NCBI GenBank assembly: GCA_026397755.1
Contig: JAPLUF010000118.1
Coordinates: 1 to 49,905, forward strand
Source: Verrucomicrobiota bacterium
Lineage (GTDB): Bacteria > Verrucomicrobiota > Verrucomicrobiia > Limisphaerales > UBA9464
DNA: 49,905 bases
Direction: 5' to 3'
Made by a program: the position numbers and the translations under genes. Below are positions 20,501 through 28,647 of the stretch, piece after piece. Numbering within the stretch: the stretch's first letter is position 1; each line of letters starts with the position of its first letter. The notes below the pieces were generated by a model that ran no database searches, was not told the origin of the DNA, and worked only from the letters and a program-made list of their open reading frames with translations.

Positions 20501-21421
20501 TCACTTCGGGGTCGAGGCCGCCTTGCGGAGGATCCGGGAAGGGCGGTGTTCCGGGAAATCGCGGGCATATCGGTCCCGTAGTGCCTGAGTATCGGCCTTC
20601 ATGAGGTAGATGCGGCCACGGATCTGTTTAGTTTCACCGGGTTGCAGGCCTCCGAGACGGAGGTCTGAGTGCAGGCATCGGATGACGCCTTGGAAGAGTT
20701 CCTGATACGGTTCCCAGGCCGTGGCGAAAATCCATTGGCCATCGCCGCTGAAGGCACCGATCAACCCATCATCGGGCACCACTGGGCTCAAGGGCCGAGG
20801 GTTCACGTCAGTGCGGGGCACATGGAGGGGACACCAGGTTTGCCCAGGAACATACCGGGCGGCTTTGACCCACGGCTGGATTTCGGGGAAGCGCGTGACG
20901 CGGTTGCTCAAGATCAGGAAACACTGAGGCAGGTAGTCGTCGAGATTGGTGCCCTGAGCTGGAAAGCCGGTGAAACCGCCCAACCGCACGCAGGCCTGCG
21001 CCCAGTGGGCCTCGGAGCGTTTTGGCCCGGGGTTGTGGGCCACCAGGCGGAAGTTCACATCATCGGTCCCCGCCCGGATGGTGTGATCGACCACCACCCC
21101 GTCTGCCAAAGTGTCTCGGAGTTTCAGGGTCTTTCGATCGGCGCTCAGGCTAATTAACTCGGCCCGGTGCGGGATGACCGTGTGCTTCACCCAATCCGCC
21201 TCGGTGGATCCGGCCCGGCAATAGGCCTCCAGGTAGTTTACCTCGATGGATTTACCCGGCAGATGCTCCCCCTCGATGTACAGCCAATGCGGCGCCTTGA
21301 AGCGCAGCGTCAACGAGTCGGCCCGGCCCAAGGACAGCATCATCAACAGAAAGATTGAGACGCGTAGCCACCTCAAAGGGGACAGGTGGTTCGGTTGGTG
21401 GGTCGACTGAGAGGGGAACAT
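20501..21421 (-). CDS. Hypothetical secreted protein
   Basis: 306-aa ORF with a signal-like N-terminus (LRVSIFLLMMLSLGRA) and host-like composition. No motif recognised. Confidence 0.5.
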   Translation of the reverse strand: MFPSQSTHQPNHLSPLRWLRVSIFLLMMLSLGRADSLTLRFKAPHWLYIEGEHLPGKSIEVNYLEAYCRAGSTEADWVKHTVIPHRAELISLSADRKTLKLRDTLADGVVVDHTIRAGTDDVNFRLVAHNPGPKRSEAHWAQACVRLGGFTGFPAQGTNLDDYLPQCFLILSNRVTRFPEIQPWVKAARYVPGQTWCPLHVPRTDVNPRPLSPVVPDDGLIGAFSGDGQWIFATAWEPYQELFQGVIRCLHSDLRLGGLQPGETKQIRGRIYLMKADTQALRDRYARDFPEHRPSRILRKAASTPK

Positions 21422-21723
21422 CCCTGAGAGAGTTCACACCCATCGGCACAAGGCAAGTGGCGCAATGGGGCACCCAGTGGGGTTTGGTAGAGACGCAGGG
21501 GACAGGGTTCTTCGCTATTTTCAGTGGTTTTTAAACCGGCAGATTTCATTGGTTTTCACACCGTCTCTGGCAGTTGGTTTTTGCCCCCTCGGAGGCCGCC
21601 CCAGGGCCTCCTAGGTAGGGACCGATCTCCGAGCGGTCCGCCCCTGCGACAGTCCGTGTCTGCGACGGTGCTATCTCTGCGGCGGTCCGTGTCTGCGGAC
21701 GTGGCGCTTTCGGAGAAATTGCC

Positions 21724-22200
21724 CTACCTCGGAGGTGCTTGGGTGAGGTGGGGTTTCCTCGCTTCCCTTGGCATCCTTCCAACCGTAGAGGTCTTAACCG
21801 TAGAGGTCTTGAAGCACACGCATCCTGTCGCAGGCCATGCCCCAACAGACCGTTTCAGGGCCATCGCCTGCCACTTCTGGGCTTCCTTCGCCGACCTGTT
21901 CACTGGGTTCTTGCGCCACATCCAGCGAATCCCCTCCAAAAGCACCCGCCTCTTAGCGTCACCCCGGATCTCTGTCCTTCGGACTTGGCCGAACGCATCC
22001 ACCTCAGTTTGGATGACGTGAAACCTGTCTTGCATCATTCGCACGATCCTAAGGTTGACGCCCACCCCTTCGTGTAGGCCGGATCGCATGTCGATGGCCC
22101 TTTGCTGGATGGCCTTGGGATATCCGTAGCGGCCAATCAATTTCGCAGAAAAGCCTCCCCAAACACCGGCGTCCTTTTCAATGGCGCTGAAAAGAGTCAT
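21724..22200 (-). pseudogene. ISL3-family transposase fragment (central DDE region only); more degraded N-terminal remnants probably extend to about 22690
   Basis: AIDM...DRFHVIQTEVDAFGQVRRTEI...LLEGIRWMWRKNPVN matches the ISL3 core (iDm..., DrFHv, vRr.e, lkg.rwlllknp.n). The C-terminal NGpvEG region is missing. Upstream frames carry stops, and a 60-nt AT-rich block sits at 22200-22262. Confidence 0.7.
21781..21810. repeat. Perfect tandem duplication of a 15-nt unit (aaccgtagaggtctt x2)
   Basis: Read directly. It lies at the truncated 3' edge of the ISL3 fragment and appears as KTSTVKTSTV in the ORF. Confidence 0.7.
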
Positions 22201-22713
22201 CTGATTAGCTAAATCACAATCAATAAATAGTTGACTAAACTGAGGATTAGATTAATTAATCAAAAGTCCTCGATGAGAAACCACCCACATCAACGGAAGC
22301 CACGCCGAAGTACCGGTAGTCAGCCCGTGGGGTGTCTTGGTGGTCCGAGCCAGACCGAGGCAGGCATTGCCGTTCAGGTAACCCAAGCCCAATCGTCGCG
22401 CTGGACTTTTCTCAGCTCGGATGATGGCGACTTGGCGACTTGGCGAATCTGGTCGCGGGTGACCACAGGGTTCCGACCCGCGCACTCTGCTCCGGCCACT
22501 ACCTCGGCATTTCCTCCTCCTTCCGTAAGGACGTCGAGAGGTTCGCCTCAGCCGCACCTCATGACCACGCCAAGCATCCCTATCCAGAGCAACCATCCAA
22601 GCGTCTCCTCAGATTTCACCGCTTCGCATCGTCTTGTAGCCGTCAAGCCACATCTTTCCAGCTTAAAACAGCGTCGAACCTATAAAATAAAATTAATAAG
22701 CACTTAAATAAAA

Positions 22714-23469
22714 ATGAAACAAAACAACTTCAAAAAGCGAAGCGAATATTATTTAAAACATGCTTTTTCAGTAAGATTTAGCAGAGCTGCTGTTTTTGTT
22801 CTAGCGATACTTTTTCAGTGCTGCTTTATCACTATTTGTACCGCAACTAATTACGCGGCTGCAGGTCTTGTTTTAGCTGGAGCAACATTAATCAAGGATA
22901 TTTTCGGTGGGGAAACAAAGGTTGCATACCACATGATGATATTTGATAAGACGTACACAAGAAAATATTTCGGCGTGTTGGTCAGTGATAAATATTTAAT
23001 GAATGTGCTTCCTAGCCAGAAGATGGTGTACAAACAAACTTATACGCTCAAGTTCCCTGATCAAACACCAACGCTAATAATCAAAAACACTAATGCTTGG
23101 GAATTCAATCAAGGGGGGACAGAAATGGGCGATCATCAGATTGAGGTTAGAGACTTTGTTTGCAAGCACGGTGGTGACTATGGTGGAATGGATATAGATT
23201 TGAAAGTATCGTTCACAATGGGGTTTCAAACGGAAACTAGTGCATCTTCCATCTTGCCTACTAGGGCAGCTGTTACAATAAGCGGTTGGAACGAAGAACA
23301 TTCTGACTGTACTGGTTGGCCAACTTACAACGTGGGAGATAAAATTGATTGGAGCGCTCAGATTCTACCGAACGGGCAAGGTCAAGTGCATGTCACTCCC
23401 AACAAGCCTGGTTTTAAAGTGAATCGCAGCTGGGGTAGAACAGGTGCACTCAGTGTAACCGCCGGTTAA
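22714..23469 (+). CDS. Hypothetical membrane-anchored protein with a beta-rich C-terminal domain (island gene 1)
   Basis: 251-aa ORF, ATG start, basic N-terminus, hydrophobic segments AAVFVLAILFQCCFITICTA and AAGLVLAGATLI. No recognisable family motif. Confidence 0.6.
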   Translation: MKQNNFKKRSEYYLKHAFSVRFSRAAVFVLAILFQCCFITICTATNYAAAGLVLAGATLIKDIFGGETKVAYHMMIFDKTYTRKYFGVLVSDKYLMNVLPSQKMVYKQTYTLKFPDQTPTLIIKNTNAWEFNQGGTEMGDHQIEVRDFVCKHGGDYGGMDIDLKVSFTMGFQTETSASSILPTRAAVTISGWNEEHSDCTGWPTYNVGDKIDWSAQILPNGQGQVHVTPNKPGFKVNRSWGRTGALSVTAG

Positions 23470-23476
23470 AAACAAA

Positions 23477-24244
23477 GTGAAGCGTATAATTTTATTGGTG
23501 CTAACCGGTGGTGTTGTTCTATTGTTTTTAAAAATCCGGCAGCCTAATTCAAAATCATATTCATTTAGTGGTAAATTAATTGATTCTGTTCTAACCAACC
23601 GCCTAGTCAATATTGAAAAAGTTAATTCAAATCTCCGCTCGAGGCGTATCGAGACATTGGGTTTTTTGGTTGGCACCGGTCCTATGTTGATTTCGGAGGA
23701 GTATGAGTCAGGTGCTATTACAAACCTCTACCAATTCCCCTCGGGAAAATTGATTACCGAGGTCGTTCTGCCTAACCCGAAAACCCCACTCCTGGGTTCT
23801 GCTGACTATGAAATGCTAGCCGAGCAAGATTACATAAAATCAGCAGCGATGGAGACCAATCTTGTGGAAATCAAGGAAATCTTCGAAGAGTTCTCTCTTG
23901 CAAAAAAGTCTCAATACTTATACTCCGGAATTAGAGAGGCTTATGTGTTAATGGCAAAACTTTACCGTTTGGAGGATTCTGGATTGTTGATTTCAGCGGA
24001 ACAAGATATTGTCGAAAAGGAAATTTGGTCGGTTTCCGACCCGGTTGAGCGAGAACTAAAATCCAAGGAGGTTTATAACAGAGTTCACGAAGAAGCGTTG
24101 AAGATATGGTTGGAAAAGGCTGACGCTCCAAATCGATTTAAGCAACGAATGGAGCGCCTGTATGGTGAGTTTCCAAAACCGATTTTTCAACGGTTAATGT
24201 CTCTTGAAATAACAACCGAGCCGAAAGAACTGGTTAATCCGTAA
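23477..24244 (+). CDS. Hypothetical signal-anchored protein, paralogue A (island gene 2)
   Basis: 255 aa, GTG start 7 nt after the gene 1 stop. N-terminal hydrophobic segment. Shares VLPNP, TNLVEIKEIFEEF, KSQYLYSGI, LYGEFPKPIFQRL with gene 3. Confidence 0.6.
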   Translation: MKRIILLVLTGGVVLLFLKIRQPNSKSYSFSGKLIDSVLTNRLVNIEKVNSNLRSRRIETLGFLVGTGPMLISEEYESGAITNLYQFPSGKLITEVVLPNPKTPLLGSADYEMLAEQDYIKSAAMETNLVEIKEIFEEFSLAKKSQYLYSGIREAYVLMAKLYRLEDSGLLISAEQDIVEKEIWSVSDPVERELKSKEVYNRVHEEALKIWLEKADAPNRFKQRMERLYGEFPKPIFQRLMSLEITTEPKELVNP

Positions 24245-24298
24245 ATTTATTTAGGACTATTTGGTGTCGTTAACTGATTGCGATAAAGCGCAGAATTT

Positions 24299-25066
24299 AT
24301 GAATAAACGAGTTTTGATTGGTGTGTTTGTTTGTGTGCTGATTTTCTTTGCTTGTCGATGGTTTGGCTTTGAATCACCAAGCCGGCTGGACGTTCTTGAA
24401 TCCACTATCCAGACCGTGAGTCAGAGTAACACTGCTGTTGGTCTATCACGCATTGCGAAGGCTAATAGCGAATTGGTGGGTTCGGTTGGTTCCGTAGAAT
24501 CCAATCCTCCTGAGGTGGAGGGTGTAACCAATACTTATAGTTTCTCTTCAAATCATGTCGTGACGCGAATCGTTATTCCCAACCCCGAATTCAAAATATT
24601 TGGAACCCCTAAGTTTGAATCTCTGGCTAAGGCTCAGTTTGATAGCCTTACTATTAATTCAAAATACATGGTGGACACAAATCTTTATGAGCTCAAAGAG
24701 GTGTTTAAAGATTTCCCGGCAGCCATGAAGTCACAATTGCTTTATAGTGGAATCTATCAAACTGCTATTACTACATGTACACTTGGGGAAGTGCGGCAGT
24801 TTATTTTTAATACACGGTATCAGGCGATGCGAGATTTGGAGGAGGCGAATACCATTACCGACGCGGCTGAGAGAGAATCAAAAATTCAGCGAATCAAGGC
24901 TCTGTCAGATGCACAATTGGAGCTTTACAAGTCGATGCGACAAGAAACATTAGAGGATGGACGCAAAAACTTAATAAAATTGTATGGAGAACTTCCTAAG
25001 CCGATCTTTCAAAGGCTTTTGGGCATCGAACTTCGAAATGCTATGGGTCGACTTCCATACCCGTAA
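24299..25066 (+). CDS. Hypothetical signal-anchored protein, paralogue B (island gene 3)
   Basis: 255 aa. N-terminal hydrophobic segment. VIPNP, TNLYELKEVFKDF, KSQLLYSGI, LYGELPKPIFQRL are shared with gene 2. Confidence 0.6.
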   Translation: MNKRVLIGVFVCVLIFFACRWFGFESPSRLDVLESTIQTVSQSNTAVGLSRIAKANSELVGSVGSVESNPPEVEGVTNTYSFSSNHVVTRIVIPNPEFKIFGTPKFESLAKAQFDSLTINSKYMVDTNLYELKEVFKDFPAAMKSQLLYSGIYQTAITTCTLGEVRQFIFNTRYQAMRDLEEANTITDAAERESKIQRIKALSDAQLELYKSMRQETLEDGRKNLIKLYGELPKPIFQRLLGIELRNAMGRLPYP

Positions 25067-25618
25067 AATTTCAACCCGTTTGTAGTTGATTTAAGTTCGG
25101 TAATAGTTCGTTAAAATAAAGCTTTGAAGCGGGAGCCAGAACGGGGTAATTGTTAAATAGTAAACGATCGGGGGGCTGGTTCTCGCTTAATTGGTTTCTT
25201 TTCAGACCTGTGATAATTAGTAGAATGATGGTCTCAGTCGGTCCAGGGGCGTGGGTCCTGGGAACGGTAGTCAAAAACGACTGCACCAAGGTTTTTCAAG
25301 TAGTGTGGCTAGGGTCCTGTTTTTTGTCGATTTAGGAAGCTCACTCCCCATCCATCCAATTCCTCGCGGAGGGAGTTCTCGCACTCGGGCCCCACCCGAA
25401 AGTAGTTTCTTCGGATGAGTAGTCTCGATTTCGAGATGGATCGATGGGCGTTCGGTGGCTCGGAATCGGCGAAATCCACGAGTCACAGCGATCGTTCGAA
25501 TGACTGGGTCTTCGGCGATAGTCGTTGAAAAGGGATAATTGGCTCATTCCAGAGGCTTGCGTTTTCTCCACCCCGACTGCGAAACTAGTGGCATTCCATC
25601 ACCCGTTTTCATTCTCTC

Positions 25619-26983
25619 ATGAACACTGTATCCTTCGTTTCTGGTTGCCTGCTGGCAGCGATGACCTTGTCTGCGGCTGCGCCGAAGAAGGTCCTCGTGG
25701 TCACGGCCACCAAGGGCTTCCGCCACAGCTCCATCGCCACCGCCGAAAACGTCATTGCGACGCTCGGTGAAACCACCGGGGAATTCACCGTGGTGGATTA
25801 CGTGCGAGGTGGAGCCGACGGCAAGGACGACAACGAAGTCCGCGAGAAGCTTTCCATGGCCAATTTGGCCAAGGTGGACGCGGTGATCTTCGCCAACACC
25901 ACCGGTGATTTGGCGATTCCCGATCGCGAGGGCTTCATTCGCTGGGTGGAGCAGGGACACGCCCTCATCGGCATGCACTCGTGCAGCGACACGTTCCATG
26001 GGTTTCCGGCGTTTTACGGCATGTTGGGCGGGTTGTTCCTGACCCACGGCGCGCAAGTCAACGTCGACATGGCCAACCAGGATTCGTCGCACCCGGCCAA
26101 CCAGCACTTGGGCGACACGTGGTCGATGTATGACGAAATCTACGAGTTTAAGGAGTTCCACCGCGATCGCGTGCACGGGCTGTTGACACTCGATAAGCAC
26201 CCGCAGAACCACCTGCCCGGCGATTATCCCGTGGCGTGGTGCAAAGACCTCAAGGGGGGAGGCCGCATGTTCTACACCTCACTAGGCCACCGCGAAGATG
26301 TGTGGACCAGCGCCGCCTACCAGAAGCACATCCTTGGCGGCATTCGTTGGGGCCTGGGTCTGGCCAAGGGTTCCGGAGCGGTGACCGATACGGCCAATGG
26401 GCTGAGCGCGACCGAGAAGAAGGCGGGCTTCAAGCTGCTGTTCGACGGCACGTCCATGAAGGGTTGGAAGTACCGCCGCGATGACGGGATGAAGTCGTGG
26501 AGCGTTCAGAACGGCATGCTGTGCAACGTGCTCAAGGTGGACCGCGAGGGCAATTTCACCGAGCACGGCACGGACTTGCTCACCGAGGAGAAGTTCAAGG
26601 ACTTCGTCATTCGCTATGAGTACCAGGTGGCTCCGAAATCGAACTCCGGCCTCTACCTGCGCGGACGTCACGAAATCCAGATCTTGGATGATGTGAAGAC
26701 CGGCAAGGCCTCTAACGGTGGCAATGGGGCTATTTACAACCTCCAGCCGACCTCGCTCTTCGTTTCTCGCAAGGCCGGACAGTGGCAGACGGCGGAGGCC
26801 AAGATCATCGGCCAGAAGATCACCCTGACTCTCAACGGGGTGAAGGTGCATGACGGGGTGCTCAGCCCGAAGGGTACCGGGGGTCAACTCGACGATCAGG
26901 TAGACCAACCCGGGCCTATTCTGCTCCAGGGCGATCACGGTGCGGTCGCTTTCCGGAATGTTCGCATCCACACGTTGGATTGA
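25619..26983 (+). CDS. ThuA-like domain fused to a DUF1080 (3-keto-disaccharide hydrolase-like) domain, secreted
   Basis: Signal peptide. KKVLVVTATKGFRHSSI (ThuA). C-terminal GFKLLFDGTSMKGW...NSGLYLRGRHEIQILDD...LLQGDHGAVAFRNVRI (DUF1080 pattern). Confidence 0.78.
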   Translation: MNTVSFVSGCLLAAMTLSAAAPKKVLVVTATKGFRHSSIATAENVIATLGETTGEFTVVDYVRGGADGKDDNEVREKLSMANLAKVDAVIFANTTGDLAIPDREGFIRWVEQGHALIGMHSCSDTFHGFPAFYGMLGGLFLTHGAQVNVDMANQDSSHPANQHLGDTWSMYDEIYEFKEFHRDRVHGLLTLDKHPQNHLPGDYPVAWCKDLKGGGRMFYTSLGHREDVWTSAAYQKHILGGIRWGLGLAKGSGAVTDTANGLSATEKKAGFKLLFDGTSMKGWKYRRDDGMKSWSVQNGMLCNVLKVDREGNFTEHGTDLLTEEKFKDFVIRYEYQVAPKSNSGLYLRGRHEIQILDDVKTGKASNGGNGAIYNLQPTSLFVSRKAGQWQTAEAKIIGQKITLTLNGVKVHDGVLSPKGTGGQLDDQVDQPGPILLQGDHGAVAFRNVRIHTLD

Positions 26984-27129
26984 TGATGAGCCAGACAAGG
27001 TGCGGGGCAGACATTGGTTTTGCCCCGCGCCGCCGGCCTTCCGGTAACGATCGAGTGTCGGGGTGTCTGTGTGGTTGAATCAAACCGGCAGTTCCGGCGA
27101 AGATTTGTTGATATGGATCGCGGAACCCC

Positions 27130-28647
27130 ATGTCTCAAAGCAGGAGGCCGAGTCGGATGAATCCGATGAGATCCATGGTCTGGGGATCGCTGGTGGCGAT
27201 CGGGGTTTTGTTGGGGTTGCTGTTCTGGAATCAGAGGCGACCTGCCAACTCTCCCGCGTCAGAACCGCTGGTGGTCTACTGCGCGGCTGGGCTTAAGCCG
27301 GTGGTCGAGGCGGTTGCGAAAGACTACGAGAGGGAACAGAAAGTCGCCGTCCAGCTCCAGTACGGTGGCTCGGGCACGCTGTTGAGTAATCTTCGGGTGG
27401 CCCAACGCGGCGACTTATTCATCCCCGGCGATGCCAGCTTCATCGACTTAGGTAATTCCAATCACTTGCTGGCCGAGGTGCTTCCGTTGGCTCGCATGTC
27501 TGCCGTTATTACGGTGGCCAAAGGCAATCCCAAGAACATCCGTTCGATTCGGGATCTTCTCCGCGACGGGGTTCGAGTGAGCTTAGGAAATCCCGATTCG
27601 GTGGCCATCGGGACGGTGGCCCGGGCGGCCCTGACCCGTAGTGGCGATTGGGCTGCGTTGTCGGCTCGGGCACTGGTCTTCAAGCCGACGGTCAACGATG
27701 TGGCCAACGACGTGAAGCTCGGAGCGGTGGACGCAGGCATCGTTTGGAATGTCACGGTGGCCCAATATCCGGAATTGGAGGCGGTGGTGGTGCCCGAATT
27801 GTCCTCGGCCCGTTCCGAGGTGTCGGCGTGTGTGCTGCAATCGAGCACCCAACCTACAGAGGCCTTGCGCTTTGCTCGCTACCTGAGCGCCCGAGATCGT
27901 GGGCTGCGTCGATTCCAAGAGTCAGGTTTTGAGGTGATGCCTGGGGATGTCTGGAACCCTCATCCCTCGGTGCTCTTCTACAGCGGATCGGTCAATCGCT
28001 TGGCCGCGGAACCCACCTTGCGTGAGTTTGAGCAGCGGGAAGGCGTGGACATTACCCGGGTTTACAATGGTTGCGGCATCCTCACAGCCCAGATTCGTTC
28101 CGGTCAGCGCCCGGACGCCTACTTCGCCTGCGATGTCTCCTTTATGGACACCGTTCAAAGCTACTTTCAGCCGGCGGTGGCGTTGGCTCGAACGCCTCTG
28201 GTGTTGGCTGTGCGGAAGGGTAATCCGAAGGCGATTGGTGGGTTGTCCGATTTGACCCGCACGACCTTGAAGGTGGGGTTATGCCAGGAAGACCAAAGTG
28301 CCCTCGGCGCCTTGAGTGCTCGGTTGCTGCGCTCCGTAGGGCTTTGGGATTCGGTGAAATCCAACTTGGCGGTGCAGGCGCCGACGGGCGATTTGCTCAT
28401 CAACCAATTGCGTTCGGGAGCCTTAGACGTCGCACTGGTGTATGCCGCGAACACGGCCGCGGTGTTGGATGCGGTGGACGTGGTTCGACTAACGGGACCG
28501 GGAACCATAGCCATTCAGCCGTATGCCGTGAGCCGCAACTCGGACCATGCGCAGTTGATGTCCCGCCTGCAGCAGGCGTTGGAATCGAAAGTGTCGCGCG
28601 ACCGCTTCGTGTCGGCCGGATTTCAATTGCAGGAGTCTCTCCCTTGA
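27130..28647 (+). CDS. Tandem-duplicated ModA/WtpA-like periplasmic oxyanion-binding protein (two PBP2 domains in one chain)
   Basis: 505 aa. Half 1 is LVVYCAAGLKPVVEAV...YGGSGTLLSNL...GDLFIPGDASF. Half 2 is VLFYSGSVNRLAAEP...NGCGILTAQI...DAYFACDVSF. N-terminal TM/signal. First gene of a modABC-like set. Confidence 0.72.
   Translation: MSQSRRPSRMNPMRSMVWGSLVAIGVLLGLLFWNQRRPANSPASEPLVVYCAAGLKPVVEAVAKDYEREQKVAVQLQYGGSGTLLSNLRVAQRGDLFIPGDASFIDLGNSNHLLAEVLPLARMSAVITVAKGNPKNIRSIRDLLRDGVRVSLGNPDSVAIGTVARAALTRSGDWAALSARALVFKPTVNDVANDVKLGAVDAGIVWNVTVAQYPELEAVVVPELSSARSEVSACVLQSSTQPTEALRFARYLSARDRGLRRFQESGFEVMPGDVWNPHPSVLFYSGSVNRLAAEPTLREFEQREGVDITRVYNGCGILTAQIRSGQRPDAYFACDVSFMDTVQSYFQPAVALARTPLVLAVRKGNPKAIGGLSDLTRTTLKVGLCQEDQSALGALSARLLRSVGLWDSVKSNLAVQAPTGDLLINQLRSGALDVALVYAANTAAVLDAVDVVRLTGPGTIAIQPYAVSRNSDHAQLMSRLQQALESKVSRDRFVSAGFQLQESLP

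Larger units (their letters stand above)
22690..25340. other. AT-rich genomic islet (about 30-40% GC against about 60% in the flanks) carrying three orphan genes
   Basis: Spot GC counts of 60-nt lines: 22741 gives 30%, 23881 gives 40%, flank 20041 gives 63%. The compositional change is abrupt at both edges. Confidence 0.8.

Noticed and set aside
21524-22021. Plus-strand 165-aa and minus-strand 99-aa ORFs across 21.5-22.0 kb
   Set aside because: They overlap the ISL3 remnant and a repeat-containing non-coding junction. The sequences are Arg/Pro/Ser low-complexity. I interpret them as non-coding IS debris.
27001-27028. 8-bp GC hairpin (gcggggca-n11-tgccccgc) after the ThuA-DUF1080 gene, considered as a terminator
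   Set aside because: No T-tract follows on either strand, so it is not a canonical intrinsic terminator. It may still be a structural element, but the evidence is insufficient.
28281-28643. 5' extension of the ModB ORF (410-aa version), and similar long 5' extensions at 11721, 14182, 30677, 32053, 3494 and 46650
   Set aside because: The extensions overlap the preceding genes, or a terminator at 14179-14217, and encode low-complexity sequence. Internal starts give proper signal/TM N-termini and ATGA/TTGA coupling.
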